Source: Nageia nagi
Taxonomy: Eukaryota > Plantae > Pinophyta
Direction: 5' to 3'
Length of the DNA stretch: 64,000 nucleotides
Assembly: GCA_050084985.1 (NCBI GenBank)
Contig: JBITNC010000001.1
Span: 133,796,001-133,860,000 of the forward strand
Shown here: positions 1-14,294 of the stretch, piece after piece
How the letters are laid out: the number at the start of each line of letters is the position of its first letter
How positions within the stretch are numbered: position 1 is the first letter of the stretch
Notes under the pieces: generated by a model
Told to the model about the DNA's origin: nothing
What the model saw: only the letters and a program-made list of their open reading frames with translations
Database searches by the model: none
Translations under genes and position numbers: made by a program

Positions 1-427
1 ACTTAAGGGTATTATTTGATACCTTAAGTATTTAAATGAATATGATAATGTAACTTGTCCTACACTCCATGTCATGAGCATGCCCCTTGGGTAAAAGGAT
101 GTGCATGTCATGCTTTTGTTCATTGCATATCCAAAGGGGGATTTTGGCCTATAAATAAAAGGCTTTCTCTTTGTGATCACACACCAATTTGTGGAGTAAA
201 GCTATGCTATATGATAGTGTTTAGGATATGAGTTAGGAGAATTATAAGATATTCATGTTTGTGAATGAAGTGAGATCTAGTTAGTGGATGTACTCCTAGT
301 TGGAGGAACCACTTACATCTTGTGTTATCTTTGTGAGATTACTTTATGAGTTTTTTAGATGTGTATTGTGACCTTGCATTTGATCTTAGGATTTTATAGT
401 TGTTTATGTTATAGTTCAATTCTATCA
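1..427 (+). mobile_element. Partial LTR of Copia family A (window-truncated)
   Basis: Shares GTAACTTGTCCTACACTC...CCTTGGGTAAAAGG...GATTTTGGCCTATAAATA with the LTRs at 16844-17360 and 28192-28676. The right end is approximate. Confidence 0.75.
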
Positions 428-1416
428 AAAAATATAGTAAATCCATAAAACTATAATTAAGACAATCAACCACTTTGTCAATTTTTTTTTACCAAAATGT
501 AAGTAATTATCTATAGTACTCAATCTAGGCCCAATCAATTCATATTGTAGTAAATGGATATGTGAAACACTTAAATTGTGATCAAATACTAAATCTCCAT
601 ATTTACTATTTTTTAAAAATGATGACATCTATCAATCACACGCACCAAAATTAGTTTTCAATTTTTTTTATAAAGAAAATCAATAAGAATTTCCAAATGA
701 ATCCCAATAGAAGTAATGTCAATATGATTTTGTTGAAAATTTTTACTTAATTTATTCAACTCAAATAAAACATCAACAAACAAATTAATGCAAAATTGAA
801 CTTGGAAAATGGTTCCCATTTGGTACATCCTTGCTTCATTTTATCTCCAATCCTATAATAATGTTAACATGATTTTGATAAGCCTTTCCATGACTTGTCA
901 TCTTAAAAGCCATCAAATTAAATGAATCTAGAACACTCGTAATTTATCTATATTAAATTGATCCATTAAGTCTTCAATCTCTCCATGTATTTTTGTTGAT
1001 TTTCCTAATCATGCATATATTTTATTTATCAAATGTTCAATATATTCGGATTATAGAAAATAATTTGAACCATTTGTTATAGCTAATACCTCACAATGTG
1101 TAATAAAATGAATTCATAGTGTAGTCTCTAAATAATTATTTACAATAAAGAAGTATAGTGAATAAAGAGCTACAATACATAAGTGCAAGATACTTATCAT
1201 GGCTTCTTGAATAATACTAAGAAAGTGTACACTTGATATGAGAGAAAAACAATCCTAAGGATATGATATAATATATAGAGGATTAGATCAGATCTAGGAT
1301 GAAGCTTGTGATGGATATTCAATAATCCATATCTATACTCTATGTACTTCAGATTTGTCACTCTGGATCATGAAGTGGAATGATATGTACATCATGTTCA
1401 TAATCTTATCACATTG

Positions 1417-2480
1417 TGAGAGAACTAACTCTAACTGACTAAATTTCTCTACTACCAAGATCTCACTAAAGCTCTTTAAAATATCATTATAATAGTATAA
1501 ATATAATAACCAATCTCACAAATTTAATACCAATACAAAGTGGTTCCTCAAACCATAGGAGTACATCCACTAATCTAAGAGCTTATTCTTAAAGTGCACT
1601 CTCTTACAACAACTCTTTCTCACTTCTCCTAAAAATCTTAGAGCATAAATTTTCCACAAACTTGAGTGAGTAATATTAAGGAGAGGGTTCTCTATTTATA
1701 GGCCAAAATCCTCTCTTGGATCACTCCTTTAACCATTGTACAATATCATGACATGCATCACCCTTTTACCCAAAGGGGCATTCTCATGAGGTGGAGTGTA
1801 GGAAAAGTTACATTATTTTATTTATAAATACTTAAAAGGTATCTATGGATACTTTTAAGTATGAGAGAATTTACATTATCATATTTAATAAATACTTAAG
1901 GTATTTTGGATACCTTTAAGTATTAAGTGAATTACATAAAGATAACTTACAATAATGGATTATATATTCCAACACTCTCCCTTAGTGTAATATTGGGGTA
2001 GAGTGAAAAGAATAGAAGAACGAGAGAGTAAGAGGGAGTTATAATCCATATAGATACAATCAAAGATGAGAATATTTACATATTTAAGAAATAAGCAAGA
2101 ACTTAGATTGAGGCTCATTACATTACTATTTGACAATATGGTTTACAATATAGTCATTAATCGCAACTAGTTTCACTATACAAAGTAGTCATTCAACAAC
2201 AAGTTAACATGATGAGCCTCCATGAACTTGCCCACTTGAAGTAGGTAACCTGCACTCTCAAGAAAAAACCTACAAGCTATAAGCAGCTCATAAATAAGAT
2301 CATTCAGATGCATTATATAAACATTCATATCAACATAAGATAAATGAATCAATTAATGCCATCCATAAACTGATCAATGGTGCATTATAAGTGATCACAA
2401 AGATAAAAAGCCAATACTCATAGTTACCAGCTATATAAAATATGTATTGATCAACATAAAAAATAGATCATAAGCACATG
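1417..2480 (-). mobile_element. 3' fragment of a Copia family A element (3' UTR + PPT + 3' LTR)
   Basis: Reverse complement reads PPT AAGGGAGAG then TGTTGGAAT at 1974; the LTR spans 1417-1974. Positions 1975-2460 match the 3' UTR at about 27700-28190. Confidence 0.85.
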
Positions 2481-2489
2481 TGGGTGTCA

Positions 2490-2650
2490 AAAATAGTGTC
2501 ATATTTTTTATGTAAATTTTGACTTAAAGTACTTCTATTTTTTATGCAAATTTTGACTCAAAGTATCTCTATTTCTGACTCAAAGTGTCTCTTTTTAATA
2601 CAAATTCTTAATCAAAGTGTATATATTTCTAACACAAATGTTGACATAAT
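2490..2650. repeat. Degenerate ~33-bp tandem repeat, about 5 copies
   Basis: Recurring AAAGTGTCTCT...CAAATTTTGACTC units. Confidence 0.6.
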
Positions 2651-2724
2651 CTTTATCATATTGTTTAATGATATATATGGTATCATGCTGTAGATAAAAA
2701 TTTAAAATAAAAGTATGAATATTT

Positions 2725-4144
2725 TTGCCACAAAATCCCTTTTATTTTGTAGTGATTCTTAGGAAATAATAACAAATAATGATCATTCTTAGTGCATGTT
2801 GAGTACATCAAGAGATTTATCAAGAACTTCTCCAATATTGTTCAACCATTAAATCAATTTTTGTAGAAGAATGTGACATATGAAAAAGTAGAAGAAGCAA
2901 GAGAAGCATTTGAGAAATTGGAGCAAGAATTGGTAACAATACCTATTTTAAAGAATCCTTATTAGAGTAAGACATTCATAGTCTACATTGATGCATCAAA
3001 TAAGGCATTAGGTAGTATATTTCTCAAAAAAATTAATATGAAAATGATCATCCTATCTATTTTGGGAATTGACAAATGAGTAGTGCCAAGGTAAATTACA
3101 CACTTATTGAAAAATAAACTTTAGCATAATTCCTACTTTGAAGAAATTTAGAAATTACTTTTTGGGGAAAATGTTCACCATGGTTATTGATCATCTAGGT
3201 TTGAAGTATATCATTTATAAGGATAATCCTATGAGAAGAATTATAAAGTGGATACTCTTATTATAGAAATTTATATTTTTAATATTATGAAAATACTAGG
3301 GCTAAAAGCATATCAATGTTGATGCATTATCTAGATCATATGAGGGCATTGGATCTTGTTGTGATGATGATGATTTTCTCGATGTAGTTTTTTTTTGTGA
3401 TACATTGATATTTGAAATTACTTGAGTGAAATTAAATTTCCAAAGGAGGTGATATTTAATATAAAAAGGGAAATTACTTAGGAAAGTATACTCTATACAA
3501 TTGTGGATGGGGTATTATATAGAGTTGGAACAAATGAAAACTATATTCATGCCATTGGAAAATATCAAGGGAAATCATTATTAAGAGAAATACATGATAG
3601 CATATGTGGAGGATCTTTTTATCGAAAGTTGACAATAAGAAGACTATTGGATTCAAGCTATTACTAGCCCATTCATTTTTAATATTATTTCAATTATTGT
3701 AAAAGTGATGATATTTTTCAATCTTATAAGAATTGCATAAAAACATCTGCTATATCATATTTTTCCATCAATATCATTTGAGAATGATGAAATTTATACT
3801 ATAAAAACACTCCCTCCTATACCGAGGAGAAATAGATATAATTTTATGGTTACATATTATTTGACTAATTGCATAGAAGTAAGATCATTCAAGGAAGCAT
3901 CAATGGAGGAGATGGTAAGACTTTTATATAAGTGCAATATGATAAGATTTGGATATCCATCGAAGATTGTAACAAATCATGGAACTCACTTCATGAATGA
4001 GGTAGTAAAATATTTGAAAATTCAATTTGTAATCAAGTACATAAAGGTAACCACTCACAAACTAAGTGCTAATGATAAAGAGGAATAAACTAAGCATGTA
4101 TTATGTCAAATCCTTGCTAAGGATACAAAATTGCAAGTGTATAC
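2725..4144 (+). pseudogene. Degenerate Ty3/Gypsy pol (end of RT, RNase H, integrase N-terminal half); element G, part 1
   Basis: Manual translation: RSFL..YIKRFIKNFS..PL, FIVYIDASNKALG, DHPIYF, NYTLIEK, HINVDALSR, IHDSICGG, FGYPSKIVTNHGTHF. Many stops and frameshifts. Non-chromovirus (Athila/Tat-like) character. Confidence 0.9.
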
Positions 4145-5138
4145 TATAGAAACCTAAAAATGAATTTTTATTTCTAATAAAATCATATGTATGCTTTTTA
4201 GATGAAATATTATTTACTTGAGTAAATGCCAAGAATAGTGAAGATGAATGTGTTAATCATATGATAGTCATATGGTAGTTAAATATAATTATCATTAATT
4301 GTGATTATATATAGAATTATAATGAGATTTTCAATACTTTATTGTTATTATGGAATATTGATTAACATTATTTTCTATATCTTGATGGGTCATAAAAGGA
4401 GGAGAAAGATGTTGGAATTATAATGTAACTTAGGAGGTTACAAACTATTTACATGGAATAATTGTAATACCTAAGATAGGAGTTAGATATTTATTTATGA
4501 CAAAAGTAAATATTATGTATAACATGGAATAATCCACCTATGTTAATAATTAGATTATTCATATAAGAAAATGTGGAACCCCACCTAATTTTATAGTAAG
4601 TGTTTTTCCACATGTACATGTAGGTCCACTCACTTATGATTTAAGTATGTACATATGTAACTAATAAATGTACATGGGGTGGAAATTAGTCCACCTCCAT
4701 TCTCATAATTTGTGAGGTGGAACACCCATGTGAAGGGTGGTCCACCTAAGTATATATAAAGTAATTTAAAATTTATTAACTCATGGTGATTTAAGTATTT
4801 GTGGTTAAGTTTACTATACACCTATGGTTAACTTTGAGTCCTATATAAGGACCCCATGAATAGGAAAAACATATAAAGGATAATTTAGAGAGTGAAGTTA
4901 GTATAGTGCATTGTAAAAAATTGTTATTTGAAGTTAATAGAGATTCTCTAAATTAAAAGTGAATTTTTCCTTGCTACTAAGTTAGTAAGGTATTTACCAG
5001 TATATATATTGTATTATCTTGTGTGGTTGATTCATGATATTGGTATAGTGCATTGTAAAAAATTATCATTTGAAGTTAATAGAGATTTTCTAGCTTAAAT
5101 GTATATGTTCCCTCACTACTAAGGTAGTGATGTATTTA

Positions 5139-5141
<3 letters not shown>

Positions 5142-5203
<62 letters not shown>
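5142..5203. repeat. (TA)n microsatellite inside the 5' LTR of element B
   Basis: About 30 TA units; the partner LTR has only a short TATATA at this position. Confidence 0.95.
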
Positions 5204-5206
<3 letters not shown>

Positions 5207-7805
5207 CTTATGTGGTTGATTCTTAGTTGTGTTAAAGTTTACTTGGAGATGACTTGGAGCTTTACTTACCACATCTCTCTAATTCCATCATTTTTGTATC
5301 AAAGCACACCTTCAATTTTTTTTAAGCTTGAAGTATAGATATAATATTTTTTTATTAGATATTGATTAGTATTTTTAATGCTTAGGTCTAACATATTTAC
5401 ATTATTTAGATTCTAAACTATATATTAGATCAATTTAGAGTTGCATTTTTTTAATAAAAATTAACTAAAATTTAACAATATAATGGAAGCACACCACATG
5501 TTATTTTTTATCCATTTCCATTCATTTCCTCTATCCATTATATAGTCCCCAAGCTCCATATGGGTTTCGAGAGTCTCAATGGTTTTATGTACAAGGGATC
5601 CTTCCTTGATGAGTAGGACAATCACATGGGGCTTTTGGTTGAGTGGACAAACTTGGTGTTGTGTAAGCCCCTAATCGAGGGAGTACCTTCCATCTTGGAT
5701 CATGCCATAGTTTCATCCATCTTCTTTGTGCTATGGTTGTAAACTAAGATAGGAAAACCTTTCTCTATAATATTTAGGGTCAAGTTCTTCCCCATAAAAA
5801 TTAACCCAACCAAACCTACCCTAAAGAGATTTTTAGCCATATTTTCCTAATAATTCTTCTAATTTTGGGTCTTATCTATGTTGAGAATTAGGAACTGTTA
5901 TGGTACATAGGTGATTCTAATTTCATTTGTTACCCAAAAAAATTAGTAATCTCCACACTAATGTGGATATCACTCTTGCACCACTCTATCGAGATGGGTG
6001 ATTGAATTCCTCATTGCGCATAATCTTTCCACTTACTTCCAATAATATATCAATCTCCCCATTGATTTAAATATCATTGCCACACAACTCTATTGATATG
6101 GACCATTGAAGAAACCTGCTTACATAAATATAGGGATACACTACCCTCTCTAGCTTCATTTTAGAAGGCAATGATCTTTTGATGTCTACATGTTTCCAAT
6201 CTTATAATTCTACAAGTTACCTAATAAAATGACACTCTTCATATCGATTTGGGTATCACTCTCACTCAACTCGATCAAGATGGGCAATTTTAGTATATGA
6301 TGCATATTCAAGATATATATTTTCATGTGCCTTTGTCCATATATACCTTTTTAATATTTGTAATAACCAATGGGATCTATTGGGAGCTTTATGTCTTCCC
6401 ATAGGGGATGTCTAAGCATAAAGTAATGTAATTTAGGAGTTAATTTGATAGATATGATTATTTTATTATTAGTTACATATGTATTTCAAAATTAATATAA
6501 GCAAGCAAAGTGAATATGTGGATCCTTAGGACCAATTATGAGCCTCAATGTTGGATGTATCCCTCCTTAGATAGATAGGAGTTATTTGGTATTGTTATAC
6601 TTGATTGTTGAGATCTAATGGATTTATTTTGCATATCCCAAGGTTAGATTTAGAGTTTGAATCTTGGTGCTAAGCATGGGATGACTCCTAAGTGGGATCC
6701 AAGCATCCCAAATGAGGTGTCACCTACATAATGATCCAAAATAGCATTGAGGAGTATATTTTTAAGATATTTTAAATTATTTTTGATATTTGAAGTTAGT
6801 TTGAGTCTTCTCTTGGTCCTCTTTTATATGAAAACTTACAAGGGAAGGATCTAGTGGGACGAAAATCTTGTTGGCTTTGACTAAGGATGAAAACCCTTGG
6901 TCATTGGTTGCATTACGTATATCCTTATGAAGGACCGTGAGTTAGGAGGAGCCCTTTAGTGGAGCATCCAACTTGTTTAAGGGAGTGTTTCTTCATATCT
7001 TCATTGCATATCAAGGTATCAAGATCCCTAGTGTGACATCAACCTAACTGGAGTCTTATTATTATTTGTTGGTGCTAGATCTAACCTTGCAAGCTAGACA
7101 TCTAGCCTCTTTTGGCTATATTACATTGTATTTTCTCTACTATTAATATATTTGAGGTGTTTTCTATTGGATATCATTTTTATGTGTGACATTGAGCATC
7201 ATAGTATTGTGTTTTTCAACTTTGCATCATTTTTAACTTGGAATTTACCCTGGATAGTTCGTTGCATTTTTGGCTTAATAATTTTAACATAAATATAATT
7301 TAGTTCTTCCCATATGCACTCTTCTAGACCTACATCATTGAATATTCATGTCACTTAAATTATGGATGGAGTTCATGTAGTACTTATTGAAAATTAACTA
7401 AAGGGTATTTGGTGTGAAAATGGAATGAAGATTTTTCTAGAAAAATGCTTTATTTTAGCAAAATATTTCACTATCATATCCTTGTAGTCACTTTGTAGAT
7501 AGATTTACCTATAAAAATGATAATCTTCCAATCGATATACATATACCTTCCACCCAACTCTACCGAATAGGAGCAGACCCATGAATAAAATAGTATATCC
7601 TATTAGGCCTACTAACAGATCCTTAGACGAGAACTCTAATGTTTATCTATTGGATCCAAAAAATAGAGATCAACTCTCATGTAGTCTAACAACTCCACCA
7701 ACAATAGATCCTCACAATCATGGAATTGAGAATATTATGTTGGGATTCACACTTCTTCAACCTGGTAAACTTTAGAGAAGTTTATCCAAGGCCCAAACTC
7801 GATCA

Positions 7806-8130
7806 CAAATCCTATGCATATATACATATAAATTATGTGTATATAAATAAATATTTTATGTATATAAATAAATATTTTATGTATATAGATAAATCCTATG
7901 CAAATATACATAAATCTTGTATGCAAATACATAAATATTATGCATATATACATAAATCTTATGTGTATATTCATAAATTATGTATGTATATACATAAATC
8001 TTATATATATACATAAATCATGTACGTATATTCATAAATATTATGGGTATATACATTAATCTTATGCATATATACATAAATCTTATGTGTATATGCATGA
8101 ATTTTATGTATTTATACATGTAACACATGT
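7806..8130. repeat. 21-bp minisatellite, about 15 copies
   Basis: Consensus ATACATAAATCTTATGTATAT; produces the 7-aa periodic ORFs on both strands. Confidence 0.9.
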
Positions 8131-8391
8131 GCATATATGCAAAAATAAGCTAACAACCAATCTAACTTCAATCATAAATAATTTGAATATGCACATGACT
8201 AGTGGTACATTAGTGTTTTGCCTCTCTAACATACCTAACCTCAATATGATTGAGGGTATTAAAGCCCATATATGCCTTAAATAAGTAAATCATTGGATAG
8301 AATTAGGTGAACATGTCTATGCTTTCATGTACTTTTGCCTATGATGTTTTTTAACTCTATATATATAGAATTGATTTTAGTTTAAATTTTT

Positions 8392-8402
8392 TATATATAC
8401 AT

Positions 8403-8459
<57 letters not shown>
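8392..8459. repeat. Compound (TACA)n(TA)n microsatellite
   Basis: Seen directly. Confidence 0.95.
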
Positions 8460-8464
<5 letters not shown>

Positions 8465-9019
8465 TTGATATTATTTCTAAATGGAGTATTCTTTTAGTAT
8501 TTTAACATTTTAAAATATTGTTTAATTATTGGCATATCAAACTGTATTTTTTACTTTTGAAGTAAAATCTTATGATGCCTTGAAAATTATTTGTATGGCA
8601 TGTTATGTTGATCCAAAAAGGGATCATTTGATAAGGTTAAATGTCAATGCTTGTTGAAAAATATGGCTTGATATTAATGAGAAATTCTCTTCAAGGAAAA
8701 AATAAAATATTTTTTTGCTTATGTTGGAAGATGAATTTTTAAGGAAATCCTAACCCATGAAAATATCCCAAAGAATAAGCATTTAAGATTACAAATGAAG
8801 TTAGATCAAGAACCATCTAAAAACAAACAAAATTGGTCACCAACAAATGAACCAAGTCATGTAATTATAGTCAAAAACCTTCAATACACTATCCAAAACA
8901 CCTAATATAGATTATGAAAATACAAAAGAAATATAAAGGCACTATTATTAACACCATTGTACCACACCAACACAAAGATATACAAACAAAAATGATCAAC
9001 CATTCTTACACTCCTCAAC

Positions 9020-10160
9020 CTCCATATCACCTAAGATCTTGCCTAAGGCTTCTAACATGTGCATTGCATATCAAATTGATCCAAGGATGTTGCTCCTATG
9101 GGTGGATTGAGAGCCTTCCTCTTCCCTAATTGGTCCCTACTTACCTTTAACCATTAGCTCCTCTTCGTACTCTAACTTCTCCAGTGAATTCTCCCCATCT
9201 AAGCCTTGCTTCTCTTCTTGCACCAACTCCTACAGATCCATGACCAATCCCTCCTTTTTATCCAGAGGACCTTCAATTGCCATAAATTTTTCCATAGCCT
9301 AGTCTACATCCTCAAACTCCTTAGGATTTGCCTTTGAATCTGAGTCCTCAACATAGACTACACCTTTCTTATCTTTACATATTAAAGAATGCCTCCCCCT
9401 CCCTTCCATGCATGTTAGTTTCCAATCCTATCTTCAAACTTGATCCTATACTTTTTCTCTAAAGAAGCAAGCTGCTTTTCCTCCATATCTTCTTAAACCA
9501 TTGGTCCCTCACTTGCATTCCACTTTAAGCTCTTTGAAATCCCCATTTTCCCCATAATAAATTTAAACACCATAAGTATCAAACCCTGATGATACATATC
9601 ATTACCAAGGCTCTTTTGGAAGTTCTTGGTCTCTTTATCTAATTTCCATTAAAAAAAGGTTGAGAAGTTCATTTTTATGTCTTTTAAGTGATTTAGAAAA
9701 TCGAAATGGAGGCTCCTAACCTATAGGTTCATAGTATCTAGGGTAATGAGCTACATGATGACTAGGGTGACTTCTGGACATGGTTTTGAGAGTGAAATTT
9801 GTGCCACCCCATCATGATTCTGATGTTGTAAATTCAAATCACCTTTGCAGGACTTAGTGAGATCCATATTGAGGCTATGATTATCATGCCTCATTATTTC
9901 ACCTAGAACTAATAGCTATATAGCTTTTACTAAAATCTTTTGGTTAACTTAGAAATTAATGTTGAAAACCTTGACAGCCCTCCCTTCCAACTCTCCAAGA
10001 ATTATCTAGATATGTCTTCATTATGGCTGTCAAATTTCTTAAGGAAATTTAGCATCCCTCCTAACTCTATAATGGTTTTAATAATTGAATACACATTCAA
10101 ATTCCTCAGCTCTAGGTAGAAATTTACTCTATTGATATCCATTTTACATTTGGATGCCAT
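9020..10160 (-). pseudogene. Degenerate retrotransposon accessory ORF (Transposase_32/PMD-like N-terminus, charged low-complexity C-terminus)
   Basis: From ATG 10160: ...GGMLNFLKKFDSHNEDISR*FLESWKGG..VKVFNINF*VNQKILVKA. This resembles the FL..F..HNE.....F...W pattern of plant LTR-element extra ORFs. The family call is recalled, not searched. Confidence 0.45.
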
Positions 10161-10949
10161 GGTTTAGGATCTCCACTTCATTTGTTGCCTGCACATAATC
10201 CCATAATAATTAAAATAATCACTCAACCTTCCTCCTCGAGTTTACAACTCAAAAAATCCTTGATCACTTAGCTTGTAAGCTATAAGAGTAAATTCTAAAG
10301 TAAGATCCACCCCATGTGAAATGATATCACCACCCACTTGGATGAACACCATGAGTCCCTCTTCGTATCCTAGCCCTCCAACATATCTCATCAATTACAT
10401 TTCACTAGAGCCTAAATTTAGAGACATCATAGGAAGTCATTTCTAACCTTACCTTGGAAAAGGTGGTCACTTGCTTCATCCACCTCAAAATTTGATGATG
10501 AAACCCTCCTCCTAAATAACATGCTAATAGTTTGGGTGCTATCATGATCATGAGAGAGTTGGAAACTTATTTGTGATATGTCATTTGGTGTGTACTGCCA
10601 CACCCTCCATCCAATATGCATAAATTTTACCTTTTGATATGATAATTGAAAAAAAGGAACCTTTCCTAAGATGAGCCCATCTCTTCCCAACTCCTAGCCT
10701 CCTCTCCTCCACTCAGAGCTTACCTTTCAGCTCATCCTCCTTATCCAAATATTCTCGCCACACATAGGCTCCCCACTTTAAAATTTAAAAATAAACATTC
10801 TCCTCCCATATAAGAAGGAAGATCCCCTTCTAGCCCTATTTATTCTCTTCATCTCAATCCTCCTTGGATAACATCTCAAATTGGTATAGGAAATTAGTCT
10901 TCTAGACTTTCAGTTCCTCTATGTTCATCACTTCATCAGTTATACAATC

Positions 10950-11335
10950 AACCATGTTATTTTCCTCTCAATAATTAAGGATTATGGTGATATACTCCAC
11001 ATTGTGGATAGTTTGTATAGAATCCTCCATCATATTATTGATATCCCACCTTGGCAAAGAATGACCCTTCAATAGGTTTATAACATTCAGTGAGTCTCTT
11101 ATTATAACCAAATTGGTGCAATTGCATCTTCAAATCATAGAAAGATTGATAAATGTTTCCCTTTCCTTCATAAAATGACTCATTTGGTGGCCCAAAGGTT
11201 TTGCAATTATCAATTTAATCCTTCCTAGATGGTCTCTCACCACTCCTGCAACCTGGATTGAGCCTGGATTACCTTTAGAGGATCCATCAAAATTAATGGA
11301 AAACCATCTAAGAGGTAGGAACCTCTAATGGGATT
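10950..11335 (-). pseudogene. Degenerate archaeal-type RNase H (RVT_3-like) domain
   Basis: Minus-strand translation PLRWFSINFDGSSKGNPGSIQVAGVVRDHLG...LVIIRDSLNVI matches the NFDG.SKGNPG..G.GG..RD..G motif. Confidence 0.85.
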
Positions 11336-12669
11336 TATTTTGAGGGTGTTTCTCCCTATTATCAATTCTTCGCTCCAACCCCCAATTCAACAAGATTGGA
11401 GCATTGAAAAATAAAATATTTGATAAGTCTTTTTTTAATGTATATTTTGGAATAGCTCTCCATTTGTGCACTTGGATACTTAAGGTATCATATCTTTTGG
11501 ATTAGCTCTCCATTTTGTGCTCTTAGATATTGGTTTTATCCTTTTTTGTTGAAATAGATCTCTATTTATGATAAAAATTGACATAAGGAAATCCAAAATA
11601 TTTTCTTAAAACATTTTAGGAAGATTTTATGTACATTAATTATTTTAGCAAAACTTGAAAATAAATTATTTTGTAATTTGTTTTCTTATTGTGTTTTCTT
11701 TGTAAACTTCATAATGTTGGGGAATTATCCTCAAAGGGAAGGGTAAAATGTGTGAAGCCCACTTCCCCATCAACAAATTGAATGATGTGAAGTAATTATT
11801 ATTCACAAATATTGTAAATTACTTAAAGATATAACCATAATGGAACAAGTTGATTTAATCTTTATGTTTAAATTATTATTTTTTCAATATTAAGTATAAT
11901 AATAATTGTAAAAGTTTTGATATTATTCCAATAATGATTACTTAGTATCTATTTACAATTAGTTTATGAATGAAGCAAACCAAATTTTAAGTGCTAATTT
12001 TTATAGTGCTTAAATTTTTATCTAGTACAAAGTTTTAATCTAAAATCTTTAATGTGACTATGTTTATGTTTAATACCATTTTTGGATTGACAATCATTGT
12101 TTGTTTCCATGATTAGAAAGTTGATATCCATTAATATGGATACAACTTTCCTAAAATGGAAGTTGATATATGATGAGTTATGAATTTATATTTAGACTCG
12201 TTATAAAAATTATTATAGATTCACAATTGGCAAAGAATTTTTTTATGCAGATTCCACTTATTGTGACCCACAACTTAAGTGCACCTCATAAGAATTGATG
12301 TGTAGCTCTTTAATAAGGCTACACACAAAGATATATATATATATATATCCCTTACCTTCCATCAACACGTAGGATCTTAAAATGCATAGCACTATTCAAA
12401 TAATAGTGAAAGTAATAGTCTTTTATATGGAAAATACTTAAGGTTACAAATACCTCAATATAAATGTTTGGTGCTATTTATATTTTTTTCTACCTTGAAT
12501 AGATTAATAAACTATCTTACGACATATGCAATAAATATTTTTTAAATCTTGTGCATTTTTTGTAAAGATGTAAATGGCTATGATTAATAATCCAAATTGG
12601 ATATTAATATAAACCTTGTGTAATTTTTGTAATAATATAAATGAAAATTGATGCAATAATTAATTAAAA

Positions 12670-13190
12670 TATGTTGGATTATCACCATATTAATTTCACT
12701 ATTAGGAAGTTTATATTCAATCTATTGATGCCACTTTACTTCTATTTTAGGAGGTTTGTCCATGTTTGTGCATTGATGCCACTTTAATACTTCCATTTTG
12801 GGAAATTGTATCCATATAAATGGATTGATTACCATATTTTTTTACTTCCATTGGGAATTTGTATTCATATTGATGGATTGATTGTCCCATTATTACTTCC
12901 ATGTTAAGGAAGGTTTATCTATATTTATGGATTGATTTTCATATTTTTTGACTTTCATTAGGAAGTTGTATTTATAATGATGGATTGATTACCACATTGT
13001 TACTCCTGTGTTAGGGAATTTATATCCATATTGATGGATTGATAACCACCTTATTTACTTCCATGTTAAGAAAATTATTTCCATGTTTATGGATTACTTG
13101 CCACATTATTTCTTCCATGATTGGAAAATTATATCCATGTTTATGGATTAATGGATTTTGAATTCATGTCTTTGGATTACTTGGCATTTT
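12670..13190. repeat. Degenerate ~52-bp tandem repeat, about 10 copies
   Basis: Recurring ATGGATTGATTACCACATT...TACTTCCATGTTAGGGAA...TATCCAT units. Confidence 0.8.
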
Positions 13191-13270
13191 GTGATTAATG
13201 TGTTATGCATATTGACTTATCGTAAGGTCAAGTTGGAATTTGATGGATTATGGATTATAACTCTTGAGAG

Positions 13271-14294
13271 TAAGTGCAAGAAGATGAATCCAACTTTTAA
13301 CCAAAAAATAGAAGTGTTTTCCTTGATTTTCAAGTTTGGTCACACTTGATCTCAAAACTTGAAGCTCTTAGAGTTCAAATCTTAAAAAAGGTCAATAAGG
13401 TAAAAATGTAGTGCTCAAAGTCTAGTTTTCAATATGTAATTTATTCCAATACCAAAATGATAGAAATTAATATTTGATAGGAATGTTTACAAACCAGTAT
13501 TTAAAAAATGCATTTTCATGACCATACCCAATTATGTTCGGCAAGCATAATTAGACCTAAATTAAAATATTTTTTAATATCCTTTTGGGTAAAGATACCT
13601 ACGAAACTAAAGATTATGTAGGATATTTTTTTGTAATTTTTTCATCAATATTTATTTTTTACTAATTTTTTATTGAACTTGATTATCATTTCTAAAAGTG
13701 CTCATGTTCGTCAAGCATAATTTGACCTAAACGTATCATTTTTAAATTTTGTTTAACTTGTGAAGAATTATATGTAGATTATGCATATATTTTTTTTAAT
13801 TATTCTAAAAAAAAGGCTATTAAATAAATTCAATTAACAAAAAATATAAAAACTAATCCAATTATAAAAACAATTACATATTTGAAATTTGCACTCTTTA
13901 ATCTATAATGGGTTAATTTCATGAAACATTCTTCAAAAAACTCCATCAAACGTATGATCAAAGTTGATATTTTTTATTGAAATTTTCATAAACACATACT
14001 TGTAGGTCCACGGTTAAGGGTTGGCTCACCAATCCTTTCCTAAGTCTAAAACTAATCCTAAATTAGAGATTCAAATATCATGATCTTGATATTTAACGCT
14101 AAGGAAATATATGTGTTATAGTTTCAACTATCAAGATCATGATTTAAAATTGGGATCCTAATATTTATTAGGATCTTGAAACTAAATCAAGATCCTAATT
14201 TTAATTTATTAAAATCAAAATCCTAGTTTTTCTAACATTGAGTTTTAACTCCACCCACTCTTCCCCTCCAAGCGGACTCAACTTCTTGCTTTCA
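13271..14294. mobile_element. ~1-kb dispersed module with inverted termini, copy 1
   Basis: Collinear with 20157-21134. The left end TAAGTGCAAGAAGATGAATCC is the inverted counterpart of the right end GGACTCAACTTCTTGCTTTCA. Confidence 0.7.

Noticed and set aside
4394-4409. Purine run before LTR B read as a PPT (tandem element)
   Set aside because: Better explained as the CATAAAAGGAGGAG TATA region of solo LTR F, into which B inserted; this LTR is followed by a PBS.
5090-5272. 60-aa ORF with an IY run
   Set aside because: Translation of a (TA)n microsatellite.
7720-8016. ORFs with YxYIHK periodicity on both strands
   Set aside because: Translation artefact of a 21-bp minisatellite.
9600-10700. 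LINE ORF1 (DUF4283 / zinc knuckle)
   Set aside because: Candidate motifs were fragmentary, and the RNase H lies upstream rather than downstream, which is wrong for an L1.
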